A DNA stretch of 64,000 bases from an uncultured Anaerolinea sp. (GCA_964411135.1 CAYPJS010000078.1:111495-175494); one strand, 5' to 3'; numbered from the stretch's first letter, positions 35,524 to 47,339 are shown. The notes: a model not told the origin generated them from the letters alone. Translations and numbers: made by a program.

Positions 35524-36237
35524 TTAATAGACCCCTGGAAAGAATTTATAACGAACTCGCTGAGCATATACATGATAACCCTGGAGTTCCTCCTTTAACA
35601 TCCGATCTTCGAGTTCAGTGCGAGTGATGATCAAGATGAGAGCAATTAATGCCGGAATAATTGTCCAATAAGATTCCAATAGAAGGATGACGCCTGCCAT
35701 TGCCAGGACATTCCCTGAATAACCCGGGTGACGCACAATACGGTAAGGCCCTGTGTCACAGACGGTGTGACCTCGGTCTGCCTGGATTCTAACAGTACTT
35801 GTGAAAAACTTGTTCTCCACCAGAGCCCAAATGGCAATTCCATACCCGGCTATGCACAACGCTAAACCAATAATTTCCACAAAAAAGGGGAAATCTGGTG
35901 ACCAGCGATTAAGGTGGTCCAAACCCGCAACGATATATAACGGGAAAGAAATACTGATCGATACGAGCGGTGCCAGAATCTTATCCCATTTTTTTACGCC
36001 TATTGCCCCTTTATATTTGGTGCGCTCCATCATCAAACCTGGATGAGCCATTTCTGCAAGAGCTCGACCCCCTACCCCTGCGATGAAAACAACAACCGAG
36101 TAAATCCAAGCCTGCCACCAAAAGAAGTCCCTCGCGGATAAGATTAACGCTACCGGAACAAGAAGGTAAACGAAGATCAAACCGAGCCAAATTTTAATGG
36201 AGGGTTCTTGAGGTTGTTTTTTCTGATCAGGTAACAT
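35524..36237 (-). CDS. Isoprenylcysteine carboxyl methyltransferase (ICMT/PEMT) family membrane protein
   Basis: ENKFFTSTVRIQ..RGH.V.DTGPYRIVRHPGYSG, RT.LED..L..EL.GY..Y. Confidence 0.9.
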   Translation of the reverse strand: MLPDQKKQPQEPSIKIWLGLIFVYLLVPVALILSARDFFWWQAWIYSVVVFIAGVGGRALAEMAHPGLMMERTKYKGAIGVKKWDKILAPLVSISISFPLYIVAGLDHLNRWSPDFPFFVEIIGLALCIAGYGIAIWALVENKFFTSTVRIQADRGHTVCDTGPYRIVRHPGYSGNVLAMAGVILLLESYWTIIPALIALILIITRTELEDRMLKEELQGYHVYAQRVRYKFFPGVY

Positions 36238-36330
36238 ATCGTCTCCCGTTCAGTTCTTGGTAATTCGCTAATCTCATATTACGCCATTTTTATAACAAAT
36301 AAATATTGAAAGATGAAACTGTAAACCAAA

Positions 36331-36358
36331 TTGACAAATTGAACAAATGTACTATAAT
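36331..36358 (+). promoter_or_regulatory. recA promoter with LexA-box-like site in the spacer
   Basis: TTGACA (36331-36336) - 16 nt - TATAAT (36353-36358); GAAC-AAAT-GTAC at 36341-36352 resembles the GAAC-N4-GTTC Gram-positive/Chloroflexi-type SOS box. Confidence 0.8.
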
Positions 36359-36440
36359 TAAGAAGGCTTTTACAATTGGTTCTCAACTTTAAAATGGATA
36401 TAATCATCTTATTGATTTCGCATAAAGGAGTTAAAACATA

Positions 36441-37544
36441 ATGGCGCGTAAACCTACCACGCCCAACCAACCGCTCTCCTCAGGTTCCACAAACATCGGT
36501 GAAGGACGCCGCGCCATGCTGGACAAAGCGCTTGGCGATATCATCAAACGTTACGGCGAAGGCTCGATCATGCGCATGGGTGAAGCTGCACACCTGCAGG
36601 TTGAAGTCATCCCGACCGGTTCGCTTTCGCTGGATATAGCCCTGGGTGTCGGGGGCCTTCCCCGCGGACGCATTACCGAGATCTTTGGCCCAGAATCCTC
36701 CGGGAAAACCACGCTCTGCCTCCACCTGGTTGCCGAATGCCAGAAGATGGGTGGAACCGCTGCCTATGTGGATATGGAGCATGCCCTCGACCCAGTTTAT
36801 GCTTCAAAATTAGGCGTGGATATCCAGAATTTACTGGTTTCACAGCCAGATATGGGCGAACAGGCATTGGAGATCACCGAAACACTGGTCCGCTCTGGCG
36901 CGATTGATATTGTTGTGGTTGACTCAGTTGCCGCGCTTGTTCCTCGCAACGAAATTGAAGGCGACATGGGTGATGCCACCATGGGCATGCAGGCACGCCT
37001 GATGTCTCAGGCATTACGCAAACTCTCCGGGGCGATCAACCAGACAAAAACCGCTGTAGTATTTACCAATCAGCTGCGCCAGAAAATCGGCATCATGTTC
37101 GGCAACCCGGAAACGACCCCCGGCGGCCTGGCCTTGAAATTCTACGCATCGGTCCGCCTGGACATCCGCCGTGTACAATCAATTAAAGTTGGAACCGAAA
37201 TCATTGGCAATCGAGTTCGGGTACGGGTGGTTAAAAATAAAGTCGCAGCCCCCTTCCGAACTGCTGAATTCGACATTATGTACAACGAAGGCATTTCGAA
37301 ATCCGGCGACATTCTTGACCTGGCGACAGAATTGGAAATCATCACCAAACGTGGTGCTTTCTTCTCTTACGGAGATGTACGGCTTGGACAGGGCCGCGAA
37401 AATGCCAAAGAGTACCTGCGGCAGAACCTCGAACTCTCCATGGAAATCGAACAGGCAGTACGCCAGCGCGCTGTAGGTGGAGAAATCCCGATCGCCTTAG
37501 CTGGCGGTGGTGAAGACGAAGGATCGTACGACGACGAGGCTTAG
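36441..37544 (+). CDS. recA: Recombinase RecA
   Basis: [71 protein letters not shown]. Confidence 0.99.
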   Translation: MARKPTTPNQPLSSGSTNIGEGRRAMLDKALGDIIKRYGEGSIMRMGEAAHLQVEVIPTGSLSLDIALGVGGLPRGRITEIFGPESSGKTTLCLHLVAECQKMGGTAAYVDMEHALDPVYASKLGVDIQNLLVSQPDMGEQALEITETLVRSGAIDIVVVDSVAALVPRNEIEGDMGDATMGMQARLMSQALRKLSGAINQTKTAVVFTNQLRQKIGIMFGNPETTPGGLALKFYASVRLDIRRVQSIKVGTEIIGNRVRVRVVKNKVAAPFRTAEFDIMYNEGISKSGDILDLATELEIITKRGAFFSYGDVRLGQGRENAKEYLRQNLELSMEIEQAVRQRAVGGEIPIALAGGGEDEGSYDDEA

Positions 37545-37569
37545 AGGAACGGCTGCAGGGACAGATATC

Positions 37570-38130
37570 GTGCCGGGTTTGATTAGTAAATCCAGGCGGT
37601 TCAGGTTCCTGCAGCCGTATCTTTTTTTCTTAATTGTGCTCCCGCTGTGTGTAGCCGGGTGTAATGCCTTTCCATTGGAGAAAGAGGTTCCTGGTGCAAC
37701 CCTCACACCATATTTTGTTGCCCCATCAAAAGTTCAGCCGTCCCCAGTTCCGAAAATTGAAATTGTCCCGTCAGACACCCCAGGAGCTGTCTGCGATCGT
37801 GGATTGACATTTATTGCAGACCTGAGCCTGCCAGACGGCATCACAGCAGGGACCTCTGTCCAATTAAAGAAACTTTGGAAGGTCCAGAACAGCGGGACCT
37901 GTAATTGGGATGTATCGTACTCGTTCCGTTTAATATCGGGAGCTGAGATGAGCGCTGGGAAAATTCAGCGGCTTTATCCGGCCCGAACTGGAACGGAGGC
38001 CATCCTGGAGATTAATATGGTTACACCCGACGAGCCAGGCAGATATACTGCCACCTGGCAAGCATTCGACCCACAGGATAACCCGTTTGGTGATCCGTTG
38101 ATTATCGATATAATAGTTGTCAGCGAATAA
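37570..38130 (+). CDS. Lipoprotein with NBR1-Ig-like domain
   Basis: Signal peptide ending VAGC; FIADLSLPDG...KKLWKVQNSGTCNW...PG.Y.A.WQ..D..G..FG; GTG 37570 with AGGGA upstream chosen as start. Confidence 0.8.
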   Translation: MPGLISKSRRFRFLQPYLFFLIVLPLCVAGCNAFPLEKEVPGATLTPYFVAPSKVQPSPVPKIEIVPSDTPGAVCDRGLTFIADLSLPDGITAGTSVQLKKLWKVQNSGTCNWDVSYSFRLISGAEMSAGKIQRLYPARTGTEAILEINMVTPDEPGRYTATWQAFDPQDNPFGDPLIIDIIVVSE

Positions 38131-38159
38131 TCAACTCAGTCCATCGACGGATCATTGGA

Positions 38160-39107
38160 ATGCACAAAACCCGCCTGCGAATGCTGCTGCACCCAAAGGC
38201 GCAGTGGACCATCGTTTTTTCTTTACTGGTTGTTATATTGGCTGGTCTGACCATTTTATTGGCGGCAATCGCTGCGGATACATTTTATCCGGGCGGAGCC
38301 AATGCTGTCCTCGGCATGGTTCTGGGTACCGAGCAATTTGTGCCCACAGCTGGTCCAAGTGAAACAACCCTTGCAGCCACAAATACTCCGTTCAAACCAC
38401 TTCCAACCAACACTATAACACCCACTCCCACAAAGACTCCCACCCCAACTGCCACACCCACTTCCACCAACACCCCGGAGCCGACCGTCACTTCCACGCC
38501 AGAGCCCCCGACCCTGGCTCCAAACACACCGCCGCCCAGTTATTCGGAAAGTGCGAACAGCGTACTGATCGGCAACATCACTGGTTATCCGCAGTCCTAC
38601 AACCTTTCGTGTGAGTCTCGTTCTGCCTCCGATTGGTCGCGTTATTTTGGGTTCGACATCGGTGAAACAGAATTCCTTTTTGCTCTTCCTTCATCCGATG
38701 ATCCTAATCAGGGTTTTGTTGGCAGCGTTTATGACCTCCCCGGGCAAATTCCGCCAAACGGCTACGGCGTACACGCGGATCCTGTAGCACGGCTTTTGCG
38801 CTCCTATGGGCTTCCGGCCGAAGCTGTATACGGAATGTCAGCAGACGACATCCGGAATGAGCTCAATGATGGTCAGCCGATCATAGCCTGGGTGATTACT
38901 GGTACCGTCCCAGGTTATGCTGTCAATTACACAACCCAGGCTGGAGATGATGTCCGGGTGGCACCGAATGAACACACCGTTATCATTATCGGCTACGATC
39001 CAGACGGTGTCACTATCCTCGACGGCGCGTGGACCTACTGGCGAAGCTGGGACGCTTTTTTCGCTTCCTTCGGCGTCCTGGGGAATATGGCAGTGATTCA
39101 TAATTGA
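38160..39107 (+). CDS. Membrane-anchored C39-like cysteine peptidase with Pro/Thr linker
   Basis: N-terminal TM, TPTPTKTPTPT linker, Q..NLSCE (catalytic Cys), EHTV.IIGYD (His), ILD. Confidence 0.85.
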   Translation: MHKTRLRMLLHPKAQWTIVFSLLVVILAGLTILLAAIAADTFYPGGANAVLGMVLGTEQFVPTAGPSETTLAATNTPFKPLPTNTITPTPTKTPTPTATPTSTNTPEPTVTSTPEPPTLAPNTPPPSYSESANSVLIGNITGYPQSYNLSCESRSASDWSRYFGFDIGETEFLFALPSSDDPNQGFVGSVYDLPGQIPPNGYGVHADPVARLLRSYGLPAEAVYGMSADDIRNELNDGQPIIAWVITGTVPGYAVNYTTQAGDDVRVAPNEHTVIIIGYDPDGVTILDGAWTYWRSWDAFFASFGVLGNMAVIHN

Positions 39108-39120
39108 AGGTTTCAAAAAA

Positions 39121-39148
39121 CAAATGACAGCCGAATGGCTGCCATTTG
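39121..39148. terminator. Probable terminator between the C39 gene and ahcY
   Basis: Inverted repeat CAAATGACAGCC-GAAT-GGCTGCCATTTG (one mismatch) between convergent genes. Confidence 0.6.
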
Positions 39149-39179
39149 TATCTATCCCAAAATTACCGGTGAGTTTGAT

Positions 39180-40439
<1,260 letters not shown>

Positions 40440-41423
40440 TTACACTCCTCCAGAAACTTTACGGAAATCCACCAGGGCATCGAGAACGCCCTGGTCGTCA
40501 TAAAAAGTACGGAACCTTTCGATAAACTGCCTGGTTGTATAAACATGCCCTTGTGGGCCGTTATTTTCAAGGCAATATACAGCTGCCAGATTGCCCATTT
40601 GGACACAAATCTTTAGATCAAATCCCATTTGGTACCCTCGCAAGAATCCACCTCGGAAGGCATCCCCGACGCCTGTCGGATCGACAATCCGATTTTCAGT
40701 GCAGGCAGGATACAAATAGGTTTCACCGTTTTTATGAATTTTCACCCCGTTTTTTCCCAGGGTGATCACCACGAGCGGCACGAGCGAAAGGATTTGTCCA
40801 GCCGACAGGCCAGTGTGCTTTTGCACGAGTTCCCATTCGTACTCATTGACAAACAGGATGGACGCATTCTCTACACCGCGTTTTATTTCCTCTCCGCTGG
40901 AGCGGGCAACTTGCTGGCCTGGATCGTAAAGATATGGAATTCCAGCACCTTTGCATTCTGCCACATAGCGGTCCATCGCCTGAGGATCGTTGGGAGAGAT
41001 TACAATCAGCCTTGGATTTTCACCCTTGACTTCGTCCAATGAATAATTGCGGGCGTGAGCCATGGCTCCAGTGTAAAAGCTGGAAATCTGGTTGTTCGAC
41101 CGGTCTGTGTTGGCAAAGAAGGATGCAGTAAAAACACCGGGTACGGTTTTAATATACCGGGTATCGATTCCCTGCTGGTTCAACCAGGTTACATATTCGC
41201 CGGCATCTTCACCCACGGTTCCAAAAACCAACGGACTTCCACCAAGCAATGCCATGGTGTAAGCAATGTTAGGCGCAACTCCCCCGCGAAGTCTGACGAG
41301 CTGGTCAACCAGGAAGGACAGTGTGATCGAGTCCAGGTGTTCTGGTACAATGTGATCGCGGAAATGACCCGGATACGTCATCAGGTAATCAAACGCGATC
41401 GAACCGGTTATTACAACTGTCAT
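40440..41423 (-). CDS. PfkB-family kinase (adenosine kinase-like)
   Basis: TGSIAFDYLM, GGVAPNIAY, DPGQQ, NEYE, TLGKNG, DPTGVGDAFRGG; ATG 41423 chosen. Confidence 0.92.
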   Translation of the reverse strand: MTVVITGSIAFDYLMTYPGHFRDHIVPEHLDSITLSFLVDQLVRLRGGVAPNIAYTMALLGGSPLVFGTVGEDAGEYVTWLNQQGIDTRYIKTVPGVFTASFFANTDRSNNQISSFYTGAMAHARNYSLDEVKGENPRLIVISPNDPQAMDRYVAECKGAGIPYLYDPGQQVARSSGEEIKRGVENASILFVNEYEWELVQKHTGLSAGQILSLVPLVVITLGKNGVKIHKNGETYLYPACTENRIVDPTGVGDAFRGGFLRGYQMGFDLKICVQMGNLAAVYCLENNGPQGHVYTTRQFIERFRTFYDDQGVLDALVDFRKVSGGV

Positions 41424-41611
41424 GTGTCCACCAAATTGGTAAATATTGACCCAAAGATCGGGTAGAATCATCAAAACCGCTCCCTCGCGGGAGCTCGAAC
41501 ATTATACCATTAGAAACAGGCTTTACCCTTTTGATTTTTTGAAAGTTGCAAAGAGCAACCGGGTAATTAATTGCTTTGAGACCACCGGTAAAACAACACG
41601 TAAAGGTGAAA

Positions 41612-44026
41612 ATGATTAACCACCGCACAATTTGGCGGATTGCCATCATTGGAACGTTAATCCTCTCCAGCTGTTCTTTTCCGATCTTCAACAACCGACC
41701 AACGGATCCAGAATCCCTGACCGGGATTCCGACAGCCGACTCAGGCTTGCCCACATCGACCGCTACCCTGGCGCCAACACCTACCCCTACTCCTGAAGCA
41801 CGTATCGACTCTGGAGATTTGGCCATCCTTGAAGGTGACACGGAACGGGCTCGTGCGGAATACCGCAGCGGATCGCTGGATACTCAGGATATCGAGATTC
41901 AAGCAGCGGCTTTACTGGGCATTGGCCGATCTTACATCATGGACCGCGAGTACGAAATGGCGATCGAAAATCTGAATGCATTGATTTTCGAGCACCCTGC
42001 GAACAGATCTGTGGCAAACGCCTATTACTTCCTGGCGCAGGCTCATCTGGCCAAAGAAGAATTTTCCCTCGCGGCAGATGCATTCGCCAAATATGTTGAG
42101 CTCAATCCTGGCATCATCGATGAATTCATTCAGGAAGAGCGGGGAGATGCGCTCCAGGCAGCTGGAGATTTTACTGGAGCAATTGCAGCTTATGAAGCTG
42201 CCGTTGCAGCCAGCAGTGGCGGGACAGGCAGCCTGCGCCTAAAAATCGGGCAAGCTTACGCAGCTTCCAGCGATCATTCCAATGCTGTCCGGGTCTATCT
42301 CGATGTTCTGGAAACCGGTGACAACGATTTCCAGAAGGCACAGGCAAACCTGTTAGCAGGCCAATCCTATCTGACCCTGGGGTTCCCCGAGCAGGCCTAT
42401 GCGCGATATCTGGATTCCGTCACACGTTTCCCCACCGCGTATGACAGCTACTCCGGGTTGGTGACCCTGGTCAATGCCGGCATTCCCGTCAGCGACCTGG
42501 ACCGCGGCATTGTTGATTATTATGCCGGGCAGTACGGATACGCCAGCGAAGCCCTCAAGCGCTTTCTGGATGCCGGCGGGGCACACACCGGCCTACCCCA
42601 TTATCTTCTTGGGCTCTCATATCGGGAACTGGATGAGCCGCAAGCAGCCATTTCAGCCTGGCAGGCGCTGATCAATGATCACCCTGAAGATGAAAATTGG
42701 ATTGACGCCTGGAATCAAATTGCCTATACGCAATGGGCCTGGCTCGACCAGTTTGACACTGCCGCAGAAACCCTCCTTTCGCTGGTTGCATTGCAGCCAG
42801 ACCATCCAGATTCGGCGGAAGCCCTCTTCAACGCCGGTCGCATCCTTGAACGCGGCGGCAGGTTAACTCGGGCTGCAGAGATTTGGGAACGCCTGATTGA
42901 CGAGTATCCTTCTGCTGAAATCACGCCCTACGGTCACTTGTTGGCCGGCGTTACCTATTTCCGCCTGCAAAAATTCAATCAGGCTCAAACGGTATTTCAA
43001 AGGAATGCTGTTCTAAGCGTCACCGCTGAGGAGCAGAGTGCTGCCCTGATGTGGCTTGGCAAAGCTCAATCCGCAATGGGTGAACCAGATGCTGCCCGGG
43101 AGACCTGGCTGCAGGCGGCTGCGCTCGACCCGACCGGATATTATTCGCAAAGGTCCAGCGAATTAGCCCTCGGGCAAAATGTGCTGCATGAGCCAGTGCA
43201 ATTCAGTCTCGGTGTGGATTTTGAGGGAGAGCGGGAAGACGCTCAGGATTGGCTTCAAACGACGTTTACACTGCCTGCCGATACGGATTTTGGTACATTA
43301 GGCGTACTGAGTGAGGACCCGCAGTTCAAGCGGGCGAAGGCTTTATGGGAAATCGGTGAGTATCAGATGGCACGCAATGAATATGAGGCCTTACGCACCT
43401 CCCTTGAGCAGGATCCGCTCTACACTTACCGTTTGATGAACCATTGTCTGGAAATCGGCGCATACCGTACAGCTATCTTTGCAGCCCGGCAGATCCTTAC
43501 TTTGGCCGGCATGGATAATAACCAAACCCTGGATGCCCCCATTTATTTCAACCACATCCGTTTCGGAGCTTATTTTCGAGAGCTGGTCGTTGAGGAAGCG
43601 AATAGGGTCGATGTTAATCCGCTCTTGCTGCTCAGTGTGATCCGCCAGGAAAGTTTCTTTGAGGGGTTTGTATTTTCTGGCGCTAATGCGCGTGGATTAA
43701 TGCAAGTCCTTCCAGAAACCGGACAGGATCTGGTAAATCGCTACAATTGGCCTGCAGATTACACAACCGCTGATTTATTGAACCCCTCAGTGAATTTGAG
43801 GTTGGGAACCACCTACCTGTTTGAACAATACACCTACTTCGGCGACCTGTATGTTGCGCTGGCAGCCTATAATGGCGGACCCGGAAATGCCAATATCTGG
43901 CATGAACTGGCGGGCGACGATCCGGACCTTTTCCTGGAAGTAATCCGTTTCGAGGAAACCCGAAATTACATCAAGAACATTGCCGAGTTTATGAACCTCT
44001 ACCGCAGGTTCTATTCCGAACCTTGA
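41612..44026 (+). CDS. TPR-rich lipoprotein with C-terminal soluble lytic transglycosylase (Slt) domain
   Basis: Lipobox LSSC; TPR repeats; IRQES.F, A.GLMQV, N..LG..YL, ALAAYNGGPG, ETRNYI. Confidence 0.92.
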   Translation: MINHRTIWRIAIIGTLILSSCSFPIFNNRPTDPESLTGIPTADSGLPTSTATLAPTPTPTPEARIDSGDLAILEGDTERARAEYRSGSLDTQDIEIQAAALLGIGRSYIMDREYEMAIENLNALIFEHPANRSVANAYYFLAQAHLAKEEFSLAADAFAKYVELNPGIIDEFIQEERGDALQAAGDFTGAIAAYEAAVAASSGGTGSLRLKIGQAYAASSDHSNAVRVYLDVLETGDNDFQKAQANLLAGQSYLTLGFPEQAYARYLDSVTRFPTAYDSYSGLVTLVNAGIPVSDLDRGIVDYYAGQYGYASEALKRFLDAGGAHTGLPHYLLGLSYRELDEPQAAISAWQALINDHPEDENWIDAWNQIAYTQWAWLDQFDTAAETLLSLVALQPDHPDSAEALFNAGRILERGGRLTRAAEIWERLIDEYPSAEITPYGHLLAGVTYFRLQKFNQAQTVFQRNAVLSVTAEEQSAALMWLGKAQSAMGEPDAARETWLQAAALDPTGYYSQRSSELALGQNVLHEPVQFSLGVDFEGEREDAQDWLQTTFTLPADTDFGTLGVLSEDPQFKRAKALWEIGEYQMARNEYEALRTSLEQDPLYTYRLMNHCLEIGAYRTAIFAARQILTLAGMDNNQTLDAPIYFNHIRFGAYFRELVVEEANRVDVNPLLLLSVIRQESFFEGFVFSGANARGLMQVLPETGQDLVNRYNWPADYTTADLLNPSVNLRLGTTYLFEQYTYFGDLYVALAAYNGGPGNANIWHELAGDDPDLFLEVIRFEETRNYIKNIAEFMNLYRRFYSEP

Positions 44027-44049
44027 TTGCCTAAAGAGTTCCTTAAAAA

Positions 44050-44080
44050 AACAAAGACGGTGTTAGGAACCGTCTTTGTT
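44050..44080. terminator. Bidirectional intrinsic terminator
   Basis: AACAAAGACGG-TGTTAGGAA-CCGTCTTTGTT between convergent slt-like gene and pdhC. Confidence 0.85.
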
Positions 44081-44098
44081 TGTTATTGATTGACTTAA

Positions 44099-45394
44099 TT
44101 AGAGGAGCAGCCTGATTGGGTTCTCGATGAATTCGCCCAGACTGTTCATAAAACGGGCAGCTTCAGCGCCGTCTGTAACGCGATGGTCTGCCGATATGGT
44201 CATCCTGACCTGCGTCCCAACCTTTACCTCGTCGCCGACCACAACCGGAGTTGGTTTTGCGGACCCAATGGCAAGGATGGCAGCTTCCGGGGGATTAATG
44301 ATGGCTGCAAAATCTTCGACATTGTACATTCCCAGGTTGCTGATGGAGAAGCTCGATCCTTCAATATCCTCCGGACGTACTTTTCCGGAACGCGCACGAG
44401 CAGCCATCTCCCGCATTTCCTGAGCAATGATGCGTACGGGTTTTTGATCAGCATCCTTCACCACGACCGTCATCAAGCCGGCATCCAACGCCACCGCCAC
44501 GCCAATGTTGATATGGCCGCGACGGATGATCTCCTTTTCGGTAATGGAAGCGTTAATATTTGGATACATCCGAAGGGTTAGAGACGCTGCTTTGATGATG
44601 AAATCATTCAGAGACACCTTTGAATCCTCGGGAAGCTGACCATTGACCTCCTGACGTAACTTCAATAAAGGCGCTGCATCGTAAGCCGAGGTGATATAGA
44701 AATGCGGAACCTGCTGTTTCGATTCGAGCATGCGTTTCCCGATGATCGCACGCAGTTTTTCAACCGGAATGTGCTCATCCGCCGGGACAGCTCCTGAGGG
44801 CACCCAGACTGCGGAGGGTACTGGAGCTTTGTCTGGTTGAACCTGCTGGGCAGCCACCGTTTTGGATCCCGCTGGTTGAACACCGCCAGCTGCACTTTCT
44901 ACATCCCGCTTGACAATACGCCCGCCCGGCCCTGAACCGCTGATATTTCGTAAATTGACGTTCTTCTCTGCGGCAATTTTTTTGGCGAGCGGAGAAGCTT
45001 TCAATGGACCAATGTCTGGCTGAGGTTCCTGACGAGCAAGTTCAGCCTGAGCACCATCAATCGTTTGATTTGAGCCGATTCCAACCGCAATTTCAGCTGG
45101 TTTAACCTCAACTGCCGCCTCGCCGCCAGCCCCAGGAACATCCGCGACTTCTTCGCCGGGTGCAGCAATCACGGCAATCGGCGTTCCGACCGGAACTACG
45201 GATCCCTCAGCCACCAGCTGTTTATGCAAAATTCCGCTGGCACTGGCTTCGACCTCGACCGTTGCCTTATCTGTTTCGATTTCTGCCAACACAGCGCCTT
45301 TTGCGACCTCGCCGCCCTCCAGAATCACCCAGCGCACCAGAGTACCTTCGGCCATGTCAAAACCGAGTTTTGGCATCGCAATGATTTCAGCCAT
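44099..45394 (-). CDS. pdhC: Dihydrolipoamide acetyltransferase (E2)
   Basis: Lipoyl domain EIETDKATVE, E3-binding ASPLAKK...GSGPGGRI.K.D, catalytic ISADHRV.DG. Confidence 0.96.
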   Translation of the reverse strand: MAEIIAMPKLGFDMAEGTLVRWVILEGGEVAKGAVLAEIETDKATVEVEASASGILHKQLVAEGSVVPVGTPIAVIAAPGEEVADVPGAGGEAAVEVKPAEIAVGIGSNQTIDGAQAELARQEPQPDIGPLKASPLAKKIAAEKNVNLRNISGSGPGGRIVKRDVESAAGGVQPAGSKTVAAQQVQPDKAPVPSAVWVPSGAVPADEHIPVEKLRAIIGKRMLESKQQVPHFYITSAYDAAPLLKLRQEVNGQLPEDSKVSLNDFIIKAASLTLRMYPNINASITEKEIIRRGHINIGVAVALDAGLMTVVVKDADQKPVRIIAQEMREMAARARSGKVRPEDIEGSSFSISNLGMYNVEDFAAIINPPEAAILAIGSAKPTPVVVGDEVKVGTQVRMTISADHRVTDGAEAARFMNSLGEFIENPIRLLL

Positions 45395-46365
45395 TACAAC
45401 ACCTCCTTGACAGCGCTGATGATATCTTCCAACTTGGGCAGCGCTAATTGTTCGAGGGTGCGGTTATACGGTAGAGGCACTTCCATCTGCGCTACGCGTT
45501 TAATTGGAGCATCAACGTAATCGAATGCTTCCTCGTAAATGCGGGCTGCCACTTCAGAGCCAACCCCGTAGGATTTCCAGCCTTCCTCCACAATAACCGC
45601 CCGGTTGGTCTTTTTGAACGATTCAATAACCGGACCCATATCCAGGGGACGCAGAGAGCGCAGATCCACGATTTCAACGTCAATCCCGTTTTTCGCGAGC
45701 TCATCAGCTGCTTTAAGGGAGGTCTCAAGCATCTTGCTGTAGGTCACGATCGTCACATCCTTGCCGGTTCGGGCTACAGAAGATTTTCCTATCGGCACAA
45801 CATAATCGCCTTCCGGCACCTCGCCTCGGCTCTGGTATAGCGTGGCGTGTTCAATAAACAAAATCGGGTCATCACTCCGGATTGCCGCTTTCAGAAGACC
45901 TTTAGCGTCTGCAGGGGTTCCGGGTGCCACAACCTTCAGCCCGGGGAAATGGGCAAATATCGCATCGGGAGTTTGCGAGTGGGTAGCGCCGAGCTGGCGT
46001 CCACCCCCGCCCACTGCCCGAATTACCATTGGCACGGTCATTTGCCCGCCGAACATGGCGTGCATTTTTGCTGCCTGGTTGACAATGTGGTCAAATGCTG
46101 AAAAGGCGAAGTTGATGGTCATCATTTCTGCAATCGGCCGCAAGCCGGTCAAAGCCGCTCCGATTGCTCCGCCGATGATAGCAGCCTCTGAAATGGGAGT
46201 ATCCCTCACGCGATCTGCACCAAAATGGTCATAGAAACCTTTTGTTACAGCGTACGTGCCGCCCCACAATCCTACTTCCTCGCCCATGATGAAGACGTTT
46301 GGATCACGTTCCATTTCTTCCCAGAGGGCCTGTGAAATTGCTTCACGCATTGTAATTCTTGCCAT
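45394..46365 (-). CDS. pdhB: Pyruvate dehydrogenase E1 beta subunit
   Basis: MGEEVG, DTPISEAAI.G, RPIAE, HSQ, DLRSLRPLD. Confidence 0.95.
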   Translation of the reverse strand: MARITMREAISQALWEEMERDPNVFIMGEEVGLWGGTYAVTKGFYDHFGADRVRDTPISEAAIIGGAIGAALTGLRPIAEMMTINFAFSAFDHIVNQAAKMHAMFGGQMTVPMVIRAVGGGGRQLGATHSQTPDAIFAHFPGLKVVAPGTPADAKGLLKAAIRSDDPILFIEHATLYQSRGEVPEGDYVVPIGKSSVARTGKDVTIVTYSKMLETSLKAADELAKNGIDVEIVDLRSLRPLDMGPVIESFKKTNRAVIVEEGWKSYGVGSEVAARIYEEAFDYVDAPIKRVAQMEVPLPYNRTLEQLALPKLEDIISAVKEVL

Positions 46366-46379
46366 GATGCTGCCTCGCC

Positions 46380-47339
46380 TTAATTCTCTACATAAATATT
46401 ATTGAGCACGACATCCATCGTCGGCTCCGGGCTGGCTTCGGCGAACACCACCGCCTCGTTTACTTCCTGCTCCGCCTGGTCAGCCAGTTTATTCAACTCA
46501 TCATCGCTGGCGATGTTCATTTCCACTAATCTTTTATGGTAAATCCCAATCGGATCATTCTCCTGCCAGCGGTGAACCTCATCTGAAGTACGATAGCGCT
46601 CAGGGTCGCCCATCGAATGCCCGCGGAAACGGTAGGTGTCCACTTCCAGGAACTGAGGGCCGCTGCCATTGCGAATTTCATCAAACAGCTGCTCGGCCAC
46701 TTCTCGCACCTTTAGAATGTCCATTCCGTCCACCGCCATATTTTTCATAGCGTATCCGTCCGCTTTTTGGCGGATCTCGGCTACAGCCGAAGCGCGTTCC
46801 ACTGATGTTCCCATGCCGTACTGGTTGTTTTCACAAACCCATAATACGGGTAGATTCCAGACTTTAGAAAGATTCAGGGCTTCATGAAAATAGCCGATAT
46901 TGGTCGCACCGTCGCCGAACATACACATCGTGACCGCTTTTTGGTTGCGGTACACATCGCCAAGCGCCAGACCTGCAGCGATCGGCAAATGAGCGCCCAC
47001 AATTGCGTGCCCGCCCCAGTAGTTCTTGCTGACATCCGCCATGTGCATCGACCCACCCATACCTTTTGATATCCCGGTGGCCTTACCCAGCAGTTCTGCA
47101 ATGACTTCCTTGGCGCTCAGCCCGCAATTGATCGCGACACCATGGTCGCGGTAAGCGGTGATGATGCGGTCCTCCGGCTTGCGCACCGAGATTAAACCGG
47201 TGCTGACGGCTTCCTGCCCGATATAAAGGTGCAAGAATCCCCCAATTTTCCCCTGCTGGTATAGCTCAGCGGCACGTTCCTCAACCCGCCGGATTACCAC
47301 CATTTGATGATAAAGATTTAGATACTCGCTTTTCTCCAT
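46380..47339 (-). CDS. pdhA: Pyruvate dehydrogenase E1 alpha subunit
   Basis: GKIGGFLHLYIGQEA, YRDHG, GGSMH, FGDGATN.GYFHEALN, ENNQYGMGT, TYRFRGHSMGDP. Confidence 0.96.
   Translation of the reverse strand: MEKSEYLNLYHQMVVIRRVEERAAELYQQGKIGGFLHLYIGQEAVSTGLISVRKPEDRIITAYRDHGVAINCGLSAKEVIAELLGKATGISKGMGGSMHMADVSKNYWGGHAIVGAHLPIAAGLALGDVYRNQKAVTMCMFGDGATNIGYFHEALNLSKVWNLPVLWVCENNQYGMGTSVERASAVAEIRQKADGYAMKNMAVDGMDILKVREVAEQLFDEIRNGSGPQFLEVDTYRFRGHSMGDPERYRTSDEVHRWQENDPIGIYHKRLVEMNIASDDELNKLADQAEQEVNEAVVFAEASPEPTMDVVLNNIYVEN

Noticed and set aside
35032-36300. Visibly AT-richer TfoX/ICMT segment as a genomic island
   Set aside because: No mobility genes or flanking repeats, and GC content was not computed; ordinary accessory genes.
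38380-38540. ACACC/ACTCC-rich quasi-repeats
   Set aside because: They encode the Pro/Thr linker of the C39 peptidase; not CRISPR or a DNA repeat element. The same applies to linkers in the GH3 and Slt genes.
41424-41510. SAH riboswitch upstream of the pfkB-ahcY operon
   Set aside because: Only a single hairpin (GCTCCC-GCGA-GGGAGC); the SAH aptamer core and pseudoknot are not evident.
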